The position numbers were made by a program, and so were the translations under genes. 64,000 nt of DNA from Thermoanaerobaculia bacterium (GTDB lineage: Bacteria > Acidobacteriota > Thermoanaerobaculia > Multivoradales > UBA5704). Location: contig JBAPYB010000416.1 of assembly GCA_049284515.1 (NCBI GenBank), forward strand, positions 3,582-67,581, read 5' to 3'. Below the pieces are notes generated by a model. That model saw only the letters and a list, made by a program, of their open reading frames with translations, was not told the DNA's origin and ran no database searches. Each line of letters opens with the position of its first letter. Positions within the stretch are counted from its first letter, which is position 1. Positions 1 to 9,846 of the stretch are shown here, in pieces.

Positions 1-120
1 ACGTTTTCTTCCTCGTCTCTCCCCAGGAGCTCCGGGAGATGTGGTCGCTGCTAGAGGGCCGCCTTGGGAGACAAGAGAGTTTCTGGAGTTGGATTATGGA
101 GTCTCTAGAAGAGCTCGGAC

Positions 121-759
121 TTGCCTGACGCCACTCTCTCTCCGCTTGCCTGCCGAGTGCTGGCGATACTGGCCGAGTCCCAGCCTGGGTGGGCGCTGTC
201 CGGCCGGGCCGCCCTTCGAAGCCTCCCGGAATTGCCGAGCCCGATCAACCAGCTCGACCTCGTCTGGAATGACAGGGCTCGTTTGCGGTCTCTGCCCAGG
301 TTCATTCGGCGAACCTTGAAGGCTGCCGGCTTGGAGGCAGTCCGCCTCAGCGGCACGCCTCGGCGGGTCTGGATCAGGGTCCGTGAGGGAGAGTGCGACT
401 GTTTGCTGAGACTGGTCGCGCATCGCGGTCCGCCGCTGGCGCCTCCCAGGCGAGAGATGCTGGCTGGGATCTGTCTCGAGGTGGAGACTGAGCGCGAAGT
501 CCTCGCGACGACACTTTGCCTCCTCGAGGAGAGGCCGGAGGTCGAAGACTTCAAAAGCCTTCACCTGCTGCTGAGGAGCGGCGGCTCCCTGGATCTGGGC
601 TTCGTGGGTGCGTCGTCGCGGAATCCAGGGTTCTGCACGCTGGACTTTACGTGGAGGCTCGCGAAGCTGCCGATTGAGGATGCGGAATTGGAGGCATTCA
701 AGCGGGATCTGCTCGAAAACGTCCTGTCCCGCGTTAAGTCAGACTCCCGCGCCTCCTGA
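121..759 (+). CDS. Hypothetical protein, weakly nucleotidyltransferase (AbiEii-like)
   Basis: 212-aa ORF with coding-like composition. Resemblance to NTase-fold TA toxins is loose (INQLDLVW segment). No firm motif. Confidence 0.35.
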   Translation: MPDATLSPLACRVLAILAESQPGWALSGRAALRSLPELPSPINQLDLVWNDRARLRSLPRFIRRTLKAAGLEAVRLSGTPRRVWIRVREGECDCLLRLVAHRGPPLAPPRREMLAGICLEVETEREVLATTLCLLEERPEVEDFKSLHLLLRSGGSLDLGFVGASSRNPGFCTLDFTWRLAKLPIEDAELEAFKRDLLENVLSRVKSDSRAS

Positions 760-821
760 GCACCTCGGAGACTACAATCCGGACACCAACCTCACTCCCG
801 CTGGTCTCCGCGAGCTGCGAC

Positions 822-3365
822 TTGAATCCCCTCTCCCCCTTGCCCATCGACGAGGTCCTGCCGCCCCTCCTGGCCGCCCTGCGCGAGGGGCCGGCGGCCG
901 TGCTCGTCGCCCCGACCGGCGCGGGCAAGACGACCCGGGTGCCCCTCGCCCTGCTGGCAGCGGGAATCGCGGCGGGAATCGACGGCGGGCAGATCGTGAT
1001 GCTGGAGCCCCGCCGCATCGCCGCCCGCGCAGCGGCCCGCCGCATGGCCGAGGAGACCGGCACGACGCTGGGCGAGGAGATCGGTTACCAGGTGCGCTTC
1101 GACCGCCGGGCCGGGCCGCACACGAAGATCCTCGTGATCACCGAGGGAATCCTCGTCCAGCGCCTCCAGGCCGATCCGTTCCTCGAAGGCGTGGGCGCCG
1201 TGATCTTCGACGAGCTCCACGAGCGGAGCCTGGCGACGGACCTCTCGCTCGCCATGGCCCGGCGCGTCCAGCGCGAGGTGCGGCCGGACCTGAAGCTCCT
1301 CGCCATGTCCGCGACTCTCGATCCGGGGCCGATCGCGGCCTTCCTGGGGGACGCTCCCACGATCGAAAGCCGGGGGCGTCTCTTCCCGGTGGACATCCTC
1401 TATATGGAGAAACCGGACGACCGGCCCCTGCCCGTCCGGATCGCTGCCGGGGTGCGCCGGGTACTGAATGAGACGGCGGGGGACGTGCTCGTCTTCCTGC
1501 CCGGCGTCGGGGAGATCCAGCGTAGCGCCGAGGCCCTCGCCGGGCTGGCCGCCGAGCAGAGCCTCGCCGTGCTTCCTCTTTATGGCGATCTGCCGCCCGA
1601 GCGCCAGGACGAGGTGCTCCGTCCAATCTCCAGGAGGAAGGTCGTGCTGGCCACCAACGTGGCCGAGACCTCGCTCACCGTCGACGGCGTCACGGCCGTG
1701 GTCGATTCGGGACAGGTCCGCCGGCTGCGCTTCGATCCCGCCACGGGCCTGGACCGGCTGGAGCTGGGGAGGGTCAGCCGCGCCTCGGCGGACCAGCGGG
1801 CGGGGCGCGCCGGGCGGCAGGCGCCGGGGATCTGCCTGCGCCTCTGGCCCGCCTATGAGCATGCCGCCCTCGCCGAGCGGGAGACGCCGGAGATCGCCCG
1901 CGTCGATCTCGCCGGTCCCGCCCTCCAGCTCCTCGCCTGGGGCGAGACGGATCTCGCCTCCTTCGGCTGGTTTGCGGCCCCGTCCCCGGAATCGCTGGCC
2001 GCCGCCGTGCAGCTCCTGCGGCAGCTCGACGCCTTCGACGGTGTCGTCACCGCGCTGGGGAACGCGATGGCCCGCCTGCCCGTCCACCCCCGGCTCGCCC
2101 GCCTGCTCATCGAGGGCCAACGGGCCGGACGGACGCGGGAGGCCGCCCTCCTCGCCGCACTCCTCGCCGAGCGCGATCCGTTCCCTCGCGCCGCCGTCCG
2201 CGGCGCCGGCCCTCGCCGCAGCAGCTCCCGTTCCGACCTCCTCGATCGCCTGGATGCCCTGGAGAGCTTCGAGCGCCGGGACGGCAATGAAGAGTTGAAC
2301 GCCGGCACCGCCCGCTTCGTGCTGCGGGCGCGGGACCAACTCGCCGAGATGGCGCGGCGGGAGCTGGACGAACCTTCGGGTAGGGGCGAAACTGGCGACG
2401 CTCCCCTCCTGCGCGCCCTCCTCGCCGCCTATCCCGACCGGGTGGCCCGCCGGCGAGAGCCGCGGAGCCCGCGGGGCGTGATGGTGGGAGGCCGCGGAGT
2501 CCACCTCGCCGAGGAGAGCTCCGTGCTGGAGGCCGAGCTGTTCCTCTGCGTGGAGCTGGATGTTGGCGGGAGCCGAGGAGGCGAAGCCCTGGTACGCAAG
2601 GCCTCCGCGATAGAGCCCGAGTGGCTCTCCGCCGAGCGCCTGCGCGCCTCGATCGACCTGGAATTCGACGAGTCGAGGGAGCGGGTGGCGGCCTGGAAGC
2701 GGACCCGCTACGACGACCTGGTGATCGCCGAGGCCGAGGTGCCGGCGCCGAAGACCCTGGAGACCGAGCGCGTCCTCGTCCAGGCGGCCATGGACCGCCT
2801 CGACCGTGCCCTTCCTTTAGACGATCCCCAGGTGGCCGGCTTCCTGGCCCGGGTGCGCTCGCTGGCGGACTGGCGGCCCGAGCTCGAGCTCCCCCGCTTC
2901 ACGGAAGGCGAGATCCGCAATCTCCTACCAGCGCTCGCCGCCGGCCGCAAGTCGTTCGCCGAGCTGCGGCGAGCGCCGCTGCTGGAGGTCCTCCAGGGCG
3001 CCCTCTCCTACCCGCAGCTTGAAGCCCTGCGTCGCGAGGCCCCGGAGCGCCTGGAGGTCCCCAGCGGCAGCCATGTCAAGCTTCACTACGAGCCGGGAAA
3101 GCCGCCGGTGCTCGCTGCCCGCATCCAGGAGCTGTTCGGCCTGGCGGAGACTCCCTGCGTCGCCGCCGGCCGGGTCCCCGTCCTGCTGCATCTGCTCGCC
3201 CCCAACGGCCGGCCCCAGCAGGTGACCCACGACCTGCGGAGCTTCTGGACGAACACCTACCCGGAAGTGCGCAAAGAGCTGCAAGGGAGATATCCCCGGC
3301 ACGCCTGGCCCACGGACCCCTGGAACGCCCGGCCGGAACGGCGGCCGGCGCGGAGAAAGACCTAG
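822..3365 (+). CDS. hrpB: ATP-dependent RNA helicase HrpB (DEAH box)
   Basis: 847 aa with a TTG start. Walker A is APTGAGKTT and DEAH-type motif II is FDELHERS. SAT and QRAGRAGR motifs are present, and the C-terminal region is HrpB-like. Confidence 0.9.
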   Translation: MNPLSPLPIDEVLPPLLAALREGPAAVLVAPTGAGKTTRVPLALLAAGIAAGIDGGQIVMLEPRRIAARAAARRMAEETGTTLGEEIGYQVRFDRRAGPHTKILVITEGILVQRLQADPFLEGVGAVIFDELHERSLATDLSLAMARRVQREVRPDLKLLAMSATLDPGPIAAFLGDAPTIESRGRLFPVDILYMEKPDDRPLPVRIAAGVRRVLNETAGDVLVFLPGVGEIQRSAEALAGLAAEQSLAVLPLYGDLPPERQDEVLRPISRRKVVLATNVAETSLTVDGVTAVVDSGQVRRLRFDPATGLDRLELGRVSRASADQRAGRAGRQAPGICLRLWPAYEHAALAERETPEIARVDLAGPALQLLAWGETDLASFGWFAAPSPESLAAAVQLLRQLDAFDGVVTALGNAMARLPVHPRLARLLIEGQRAGRTREAALLAALLAERDPFPRAAVRGAGPRRSSSRSDLLDRLDALESFERRDGNEELNAGTARFVLRARDQLAEMARRELDEPSGRGETGDAPLLRALLAAYPDRVARRREPRSPRGVMVGGRGVHLAEESSVLEAELFLCVELDVGGSRGGEALVRKASAIEPEWLSAERLRASIDLEFDESRERVAAWKRTRYDDLVIAEAEVPAPKTLETERVLVQAAMDRLDRALPLDDPQVAGFLARVRSLADWRPELELPRFTEGEIRNLLPALAAGRKSFAELRRAPLLEVLQGALSYPQLEALRREAPERLEVPSGSHVKLHYEPGKPPVLAARIQELFGLAETPCVAAGRVPVLLHLLAPNGRPQQVTHDLRSFWTNTYPEVRKELQGRYPRHAWPTDPWNARPERRPARRKT

Positions 3366-6300
3366 AAAATCTCCCCCCATACTTCCGCGAGCCGCTGCTC
3401 CACCCAGATCGTCTCCCGCAGCGCCGCCGCGATCCGCCGGAATTCTTCGATCTCCTCAAAGCGCAGCGCCCTCTCCGCCCGCGCCGCGAGCCAGCGGTCC
3501 AGGACCCGATAGCCGCCCACGCGATAGTCCCAGACCTCGGGGCCGATCCCCTCGAAGGATTCCTTTCCTTTCCCTTCGCCCGTGAAGTGGACGGCCGGCT
3601 GGCGCAGCCGCTCCGAGCGCAGGAGGTGGAGGTCCACCAGGATGGAGCCCAGGCCGCTCAGCTCCAGGAAGGCTCCGCGGTCGCGCGGCAGCGGGACGCG
3701 GGGGAAGTCCGTGCGCAGCAGCTCAGCGTACCGGCGCCGGTACGGCGGACTGTAGAGGACGGCGTAGACGTACTCGAAAACCATCTCGGGCGGCGGCTCC
3801 TCGCCGAGCCGGTCGGTGAAAAGGCGGAGGACGTCCGGCGCCAGATTCGCCACCCGCGGCTCAAAAAGCGTGGGCTCGGGGAACAGGAACAAGGGGAACA
3901 GGGTGTCGATGTCGTACGTCGAGACCACCTTGTGGCCGATGATGAGGTCCGTGGCCAGCGCTCCGAAGTCCTCCTTGGATTGGCGGGCGACCACCAGCCC
4001 CAGGTTCGGCCCCGCCAGCATCTGGCGCATCACCGCCCGGCGCGGACGCTCGATCACGTAGACGGCATAGAAGATCGTCCGCCGATCGAAGGGCCGGAAG
4101 AGGATGGGCTTGAACCGGCTTCGCCAGTCTTCGTCTCTCGGAGCCTTCACGAGCGCCCGGGCGGGAGCGCCCAGGACGGGAACGCCTTCCTTCACCTCCC
4201 GCAGGGAGCGAATCCACCGCTTGAGCTTCTCGGGTTCCGTGTCGACGGCGAATTCGTCGCGGCCGGTGACGATTCCCACCGAGCGCTCGGTGAAAAGGTC
4301 GGCGACCGAGATGCCCAGGCGGTAGTCGTCCTCCAGGGCGGCGTCGCGGGGAGCGAAGAGGAAAGCCGGCCCGCGGGGTGCGATCCCTTGCCAGGGCGTC
4401 GTCTCGACGTCCCGCTCCGCAAGCCAGCGGAGCTTGTCGCCGCGGTTGCCCCAGAGATCGGCCCACAGCACCCGCTTCTGAAGCCCGGGCCGCTTCACCA
4501 GGAACATCACCGCCACACCCTGCCAGACGTCCTCGAAGACGTTGGCGTCGGCGGTGTCCGGCGAAGCGTCCGGCGCTCGCTCCTTCTTCTTGCGGTTACC
4601 GTGGAGGTCGAGGAGGTAGATCTCGTCGAAGCTCGCAAGGAGCGAGCTGCGCAGGCCCCGGAACGTGGGGTTGTCGAGGTAGCTGTGGTTGGTGACGAAG
4701 GCCACGATACCCTCGCCGGCCTCGTCGATCTTGCGCTGGGCGAGGCGGAGGAACTTGACGTAGTCGTCTTGCAGCCACTTGGGGTTGCGCTCTCCCAGGG
4801 GTTCACCGCCCACACGGCCATACCCGGCGACTGAGCGGCCATCGGCGCTGGTGTAGGGGTCGTGGATCAGATTTCTGAATTTCTTGTCCTTTTTCTTGTC
4901 TTTCTTGTCCCGGTTCGCGGAATGACCGGACCAAGGCGGATTGCCGAAGACGACCGTAATCCGCCGCTGCCGCTTGACGATGCCGGCCTCCTGCGACTCC
5001 TGGGTGAGAGCCGCCACGAACGGCAGGCTCGACTGCCGGAGCTCCTCCGTATCCTCCAGGGCGTTGGTGAGGTAGAGGGGGAACCGCTCGCCCCGGCGCA
5101 GGGGGTGGCCCATTTCTTCCAGCACCAGGCTCATCTTCAGGTGACCGATGGCGTAGGGGGCCATCATCAGCTCGAAGGCGTGGAAGTCCCGCAGCACGTG
5201 GTCGCGAAGCAGGGCTGGCACGCTGCCGTCTCCCATCTCGGCGCGCGCAGCCTCGACTGCGCAACGGGCGGCCTCGACCACGAAAGTGAGCGTGCCGGCC
5301 GCGGGATCGAGAAGCGTTACGCCAGGGTCCGCAAGGCCATCGCGCCGGCCGAGCCGGGTGACCAGCAGCCGGTGGACCGAACGCACCACGAAAGACACCA
5401 GCTCCTGCGGCGTGTAGTAGACCCCACGCCGCTTACGCAGACGGGGGTCGTAGGCGCGGAGGAAGGTCTGATAGAAATCCAGGACAGGGTCCCGCTCCCT
5501 TCGGTCGAGAGACCGCTCCAGCATAGGACGCACCGGGGCCGCGGCCAGGACGGCCACGATCTCGTCGACGATCCAGGCGATCTCCGGGTGCGGATCGCCC
5601 AGCGAGATGTTGAGGAAGACCTCGCGCAGGATGCCGCTGGAGGCGGGGATGGATCTCGCCGCCGTCTGGCGGTCGAACGTCCCCGTCGCCTGCCAGCGAG
5701 CGGCCAGCAGCCCGTAGGCGAGGGTCTGCGCATAGAGATCCGCGAAATCCCGGGGCGTCAGGGCCGCCACCAGGAACTCCTTGAACGCCTGGTAGAAGCT
5801 CGCGAAATTCGAGATCCCCTCCGGATCCCTCCTCAACAGCTCTTCGATGCCTGTCGCGAGAATGCGCGTCCGCCGGGCGAGGCGCTCCGCCAGGACGGCC
5901 GTCGAAGGGCTCGCGGGTGATTCGAAATCGGCAAAAAAGTCCAGCAGCTCCAGGAACCGCTCCGGACCGTCCGCCAGAGCCCCAGCCTGCGCCCGGAGGA
6001 CCCTCTTGCCGTGCCGGTACAGGCGGAATTCCCGGAAGTTGGTCAGGATGAGGTTGGGGAACGTCTCCTTGTAGCGCTGAAGCTGCTTCGACCCCTCGAC
6101 CGGGTCCAGATTCGTCCCAGGCCGTTTCGCCTCCACGTAGCCGGCGATCCGCTCCCCTCGCCACACCTGGAAGTCGAGGAGACACTCCTGGGTCTTGCGG
6201 GGGATGAGGGTCACCCGGAGATCCGCCAGACCCCGTTCCTCTGCGTGCCACTCCAAGAGGTCGAGGAGATCGGGGTAGAAGCCCTCCTCCCGCGACTCCC

Positions 6301-6418
6301 CGCGCCGCTCCCTGTCGTAGATCCGCTCCTGGTAGAGAAGAAGGACCTCACGAGGGTCGAGCCGGAGGCCCGCCGGTTGCCGGAAAAGGGAACCCGTCGC
6401 CGGAGAGGGAGTCTTCAC
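3362..6418 (-). CDS. Fused type IIG restriction-modification enzyme (PD-(D/E)xK nuclease plus gamma-class N6-adenine methyltransferase)
   Basis: 1018 aa. N-terminus has LLDFQVW...GYVEAKRPG (D...ExK) and LILTNFREFRLY. MTase motif I is LLDPAAGTLTF and motif IV is FGNPPW. The C-terminus WDYRVGGYRVLDRWL resembles the type ISP/IIG C-terminal domain. Confidence 0.75.
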   Translation of the reverse strand: MKTPSPATGSLFRQPAGLRLDPREVLLLYQERIYDRERRGESREEGFYPDLLDLLEWHAEERGLADLRVTLIPRKTQECLLDFQVWRGERIAGYVEAKRPGTNLDPVEGSKQLQRYKETFPNLILTNFREFRLYRHGKRVLRAQAGALADGPERFLELLDFFADFESPASPSTAVLAERLARRTRILATGIEELLRRDPEGISNFASFYQAFKEFLVAALTPRDFADLYAQTLAYGLLAARWQATGTFDRQTAARSIPASSGILREVFLNISLGDPHPEIAWIVDEIVAVLAAAPVRPMLERSLDRRERDPVLDFYQTFLRAYDPRLRKRRGVYYTPQELVSFVVRSVHRLLVTRLGRRDGLADPGVTLLDPAAGTLTFVVEAARCAVEAARAEMGDGSVPALLRDHVLRDFHAFELMMAPYAIGHLKMSLVLEEMGHPLRRGERFPLYLTNALEDTEELRQSSLPFVAALTQESQEAGIVKRQRRITVVFGNPPWSGHSANRDKKDKKKDKKFRNLIHDPYTSADGRSVAGYGRVGGEPLGERNPKWLQDDYVKFLRLAQRKIDEAGEGIVAFVTNHSYLDNPTFRGLRSSLLASFDEIYLLDLHGNRKKKERAPDASPDTADANVFEDVWQGVAVMFLVKRPGLQKRVLWADLWGNRGDKLRWLAERDVETTPWQGIAPRGPAFLFAPRDAALEDDYRLGISVADLFTERSVGIVTGRDEFAVDTEPEKLKRWIRSLREVKEGVPVLGAPARALVKAPRDEDWRSRFKPILFRPFDRRTIFYAVYVIERPRRAVMRQMLAGPNLGLVVARQSKEDFGALATDLIIGHKVVSTYDIDTLFPLFLFPEPTLFEPRVANLAPDVLRLFTDRLGEEPPPEMVFEYVYAVLYSPPYRRRYAELLRTDFPRVPLPRDRGAFLELSGLGSILVDLHLLRSERLRQPAVHFTGEGKGKESFEGIGPEVWDYRVGGYRVLDRWLAARAERALRFEEIEEFRRIAAALRETIWVEQRLAEVWGEIF

Positions 6419-6489
6419 GACTCCAAAGCATATCCTAAGTCAGCGCCAAGATATCCTTCGACGTAATCAATCTAGGATACAAAGAGCGA

Positions 6490-8106
6490 TTATGGAAGCT
6501 GCTCCTCTCCATGTTCCTCGTCGTCGTCCTCCTCCAGGGGATCGAGGACGTCCATCCACTGCAGCAGCTCGAGCCCCCGGTCCGTCTCGCCGAGGCGGTC
6601 CGCCAGGGCGGCAGCCGCGGCGATGAGGGCCAGGGCGGAGCCGTTGGGCTCGGCGTCCTCCGGCAGCCGGACGATCTCGGGATGGGCCGCGAGAGCCTGC
6701 CGGATGAGGGTCAGGGCGCGGTCGAGAACCGGCTTGAGGAGCGGCCGGCCGAGGAACGGGTAGCGCTCCAGCCCCAGCTCGGAGATGGCGTGGGAAAGAT
6801 CCTCCAGGACCTCCAGGCTGTCGAGGGCCGCGGGCTCGCCGGCGAGGTAGGAGAGCCACCGCGCGGCGTCCTCCTCGTTCCAGGCATCGAGCTCGTCGTC
6901 TTCGTCGTCCCAGTCTTCGCCCTCCTCGTCGTCCCAGGTCTCGTCCTCGCCGTCCTCCTCGTCCTCATCGATCTCAGACTCCGGGCCGAAGAACGCCTCG
7001 TCCCAGCCCTCCTCCGCCTCCCGCAACGCCTCCGGGGGCACCAGCCGTCCGGCGCCCGGATGACCCTCCAGGGGCGCGATGCCGTAGGTCGCCGTGGGCG
7101 GCTGCAGCCGGGCCAGCAGCTCCTGCAAGCGGAGGATGCCGTCCTTCACCTCGGTGCCGAGCGAGAACTCGAGCTGCGCCGCCTCGGGATCGCCGGCGAC
7201 CTTGTCGAGGAACTCCAACCCCGCCTCGGTGAGCGCCCCCGGATCGCGGCGGAAGCGTTCGCGGACGACCCGCGCCCGCTCGCCGGCTTCCGCCGTGCGG
7301 CCCTCGGTCATCAGCAGGCTCACCTCCAGGGGACCGAGGGCAGCGCTTCCGGGATCGTCCTTCCGCGCCTTCTCCAGGGCCTCCCAGGCAGCGTCCAGGT
7401 CGCCCTCGACGGCGTGGAAGCGGACCTGGTCCTCCCAGAGCACGGCCCGGAGGGCGGGCTTGAGGGATGTCCCGAGCCGCTTCACGGCCTCTGTCTTCTC
7501 CTCCAGCAGATCCAACTCGCCAAGAGCTTCGAGGTACACGTTCAGGGCCACCTCGTCGCGTTCGTCGAGGCGCTCGGGACGGTCCTCGAACATCGGCTGG
7601 ACCACAGCCAGGGCCCGCTCGGGATCGCCGTCGTCCAGAAAGGAGAGCGCGAGGTCGCCGGCGAGTTGGCGGGGGACTCGGCCGGACTCCCCCAGAGCCT
7701 CGACCTGCTCCAGGGGGAGCGCCTCGGCGATGAGGCGCCAGAGTCCTTCCGCATCCAAGGTCGGGACGTCCGACGCCCACTTGGCGCAGCACTTCTTGTA
7801 CTTGAGCCCCGAGCCGCAAGGGCAGGGATCGTTGCGCTCCGGAACCGGGAGAGGTCGGGGACGGAAGCCGTTGCCCGGCAAAGGCACCGAGTTCCATAGC
7901 ACGCGGCCGAGCTCCGCGACCGCGCTACGCCGGGCCGCCTCGTCGGGAAGCGGGCCATACAGCCGCGTCAAACGGGGCACCGCTTCCTGGTGCATCCAGG
8001 CCATGAAAGGCTCGCTCTCCTCCCGCTCCAGGATCCTGGCGACCGCCTCCCGGAGGAAGGACTCCAGCTCGTTCACGGCTTGGTTATCGAGGATCTCTTC
8101 GGTCAT
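6490..8106 (-). CDS. SEC-C motif domain protein with helical repeats and an acidic tract
   Basis: 538 aa. Contains DPCPCGSGLKYKKCC (SEC-C metal-binding motif) and a long D/E-rich segment. Confidence 0.7.
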   Translation of the reverse strand: MTEEILDNQAVNELESFLREAVARILEREESEPFMAWMHQEAVPRLTRLYGPLPDEAARRSAVAELGRVLWNSVPLPGNGFRPRPLPVPERNDPCPCGSGLKYKKCCAKWASDVPTLDAEGLWRLIAEALPLEQVEALGESGRVPRQLAGDLALSFLDDGDPERALAVVQPMFEDRPERLDERDEVALNVYLEALGELDLLEEKTEAVKRLGTSLKPALRAVLWEDQVRFHAVEGDLDAAWEALEKARKDDPGSAALGPLEVSLLMTEGRTAEAGERARVVRERFRRDPGALTEAGLEFLDKVAGDPEAAQLEFSLGTEVKDGILRLQELLARLQPPTATYGIAPLEGHPGAGRLVPPEALREAEEGWDEAFFGPESEIDEDEEDGEDETWDDEEGEDWDDEDDELDAWNEEDAARWLSYLAGEPAALDSLEVLEDLSHAISELGLERYPFLGRPLLKPVLDRALTLIRQALAAHPEIVRLPEDAEPNGSALALIAAAAALADRLGETDRGLELLQWMDVLDPLEEDDDEEHGEEQLP

Positions 8107-8354
8107 GAGAAATTCCTTTCGGGCAGGAGAACAGGGGAAAGAGCGCCCGTCTTCCCGATAATATCGCTCTCCTGTTACTCAGTTCCGTGCCGGCGGCAGG
8201 CCGCCGGGTGGCCGCAGGTCGCAGCAGGCACTCAAGAGAAGCCTGTCGCGTTATTCCGCCTTTTTGAGCGTGCCGCCGGATCCCCGCTCCTGATACAATT
8301 TACGCCATCACATTCCGCTGCCCGGCTCTTGCCGCCGGTGGGAGGGGAGGGTTT

Positions 8355-9344
8355 GTGGGGCGACAGGATCTCGGCTACCGCTCTCTGTTTGCCCATCGCC
8401 GCATGGTGGAGGAGCTCGTCCGCGGGTTCGTCCAGGAGGCCTGGGTCGACAAGCTCGACTTCAAAACGCTGAAACGGGTCAACGCATCCTTCGTCTCGTC
8501 GGATCTCAAGGGCCGCGAGGGGGACCTTCTCTGGAAGCTCCGTATGCGCGGCGGAACGCCGGTCTACGTCTACCTCTTCATCGAGCACCAGTCGCGGGTC
8601 GACCGCTTCATGGCGGTGCGCCTGATGGCCTACATCGCCCTGCTCTACCAGGCTCTCCTAAAAGAGGGGGAGGTGGCGCCGGACGGACGATTGCCGCTTG
8701 TCATCCCCTTGGTGCTCTACAATGGAGAGGCGCAGTGGTGGGCGCCGCAGGAGTTGGCGGAGCTGATCGAGCACCCCGGCGAGGAGGTCGAAGCCTACGT
8801 GCCGCGATTGCGGTATCAGGTGATCGACGAAGGGTGCTATTCCTTGAAGGATCTGGAGGCCCGGCAGAGCGTCGCGGCGCAGATTTTCTGGCTGGAACAA
8901 AGCCGGGAACGGAAGGCGCTCGACCGTGGGGCTGACCGCCTCGTGCCGCTGCTGAGCGGCCCGGCGGATGGCCCCCTACGGCGGGCGGTGCTGGTTTGGA
9001 TCGATCGCGTCCTGATGCCACGTCGGCGGCGGATCTCGTCGATCCCGCGAGCCTTGGGGCTGGAGGATTTCAGAACCATGTTGGAAAAGAGAGTCGAAGA
9101 GTGGAATCGCGAGCTTCGAGAGGAGGGCCGCCTCCTCGGCTTGAAGGAGGGGCGCCAGAAGGGCGTCCGGGAAGGGCGCCAGGAAGGCGAGGCCCGATTT
9201 CTGCTGCGTCTGCTTGAGCGGAAGTTCGGCCGGATCGATCCGCAGACACGCCGGAGGGTGCGCGGCGCGGATGCGGAGCGGCTGCTCCTCTGGGGCGAAA
9301 GGGTGCTCACCGCGGAGCGGCTGGAAGAAGTATTCGCCAATTAA
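8355..9344 (+). CDS. Rpn-family recombination-promoting nuclease / putative transposase (YhgA-like PD-(D/E)xK)
   Basis: 329 aa. The N-terminus (YRSLFAHRRMVEELVRGF...DLLWKL...VYLFIEHQS) is typical of the Rpn/YhgA family. The C-terminal RFLLRLLERKFG...LLLWGERVL tail is DUF4351-like. Confidence 0.8.
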   Translation: MGRQDLGYRSLFAHRRMVEELVRGFVQEAWVDKLDFKTLKRVNASFVSSDLKGREGDLLWKLRMRGGTPVYVYLFIEHQSRVDRFMAVRLMAYIALLYQALLKEGEVAPDGRLPLVIPLVLYNGEAQWWAPQELAELIEHPGEEVEAYVPRLRYQVIDEGCYSLKDLEARQSVAAQIFWLEQSRERKALDRGADRLVPLLSGPADGPLRRAVLVWIDRVLMPRRRRISSIPRALGLEDFRTMLEKRVEEWNRELREEGRLLGLKEGRQKGVREGRQEGEARFLLRLLERKFGRIDPQTRRRVRGADAERLLLWGERVLTAERLEEVFAN

Positions 9345-9377
9345 CTATTAACGGCGCCCCCTCGTCTTCTTGCTTAT

Positions 9378-9449
9378 CTCCGGGGACGTGCTCACGACGC
9401 CCTTGCTGCCGGGGCTCGAAATCAGGCTGGCCGACCTCTTCGACTGAGG
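9378..9449 (+). pseudogene. 3' remnant of a second Uma2-family endonuclease gene
   Basis: About 70 bp is near-identical to the 3' end of the intact Uma2 gene (10836-10910). It encodes GDVLTTPLLPGLEIRLADLFD-stop and has no 5' part. Confidence 0.6.
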
Positions 9450-9477
9450 AACTCTCTGGCGGCGACCGTAATGGCCG

Positions 9478-9545
9478 TTGTCTTTCTCCCTCTTCTCCCG
9501 GCCGGGGGGAGGGCGATGGGAGAAGAGGGCCGGGGTGATGAGGGG
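9478..9545. repeat. REP-like 68-bp hairpin element, copy 1
   Basis: Repeated at 27019-27086 with 2 mismatches. Contains the inverted repeat ctcttctccc...gggagaagag. Confidence 0.75.
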
Positions 9546-9609
9546 TCTTGGGAGGGTGGCAAGCCCTGGTTCCGTGCTATGGTCCCCTGTCGCTTCCGGA
9601 GGGAACCCG

Positions 9610-9846
9610 ATGAACCGGCAGACGCTGGCTCTCAGCATCGAGCAGGAGCTTTTGGAGGAGGCGCACGCAGTGGCGGTGCGGCGGCATACGTCCGTCAACG
9701 AGATGGTCCGCCAGTTCTTGAAGCAGGTCGTCCGGCAGGAACGCAAGCGCCTCGAGGCCTGGCACGACGTCAAGAAGCTCTTGGAAAAGCCCCAGGTCCG
9801 GCTCGGACCGGCTCTCCGGAGCCGGGAGCGGCTCCATGAAAGGTGA
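9610..9846 (+). CDS. VapB-like antitoxin
   Basis: ATG at 9610, trimmed from ORF 9478..9846 whose N-terminus reads through the REP element. 78 aa. Overlaps the start of the downstream PIN gene. Confidence 0.7.
   Translation: MNRQTLALSIEQELLEEAHAVAVRRHTSVNEMVRQFLKQVVRQERKRLEAWHDVKKLLEKPQVRLGPALRSRERLHER

Noticed and set aside
792-2504. Very long ORFs antisense to or out of frame with well-supported genes. Examples are 792..2504(-), 24933..26642(-), 31445..33877(-), 27170..28117(-), 29890..31389(-), 45926..47521(+), 49578..52421(+), 53764..55266(-), 57556..59115(+) and 6511..7899(+).
   Set aside because: These are typical shadow ORFs of ~70-80% G+C DNA. Their translations are Arg/Gly/Pro/Ala-rich and low in complexity, while the opposite or alternative frame carries clear conserved motifs (HrpB, OM barrel, M14 peptidase, kinase, NtrC, xyl genes and others).
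9478-9609. N-terminal extension of the antitoxin ORF (MSFSLFSRPGGGRWEKRAG...)
   Set aside because: This part is a translation of the REP-like hairpin element, which also occurs at 27019. The conserved antitoxin sequence starts at the ATG at 9610.
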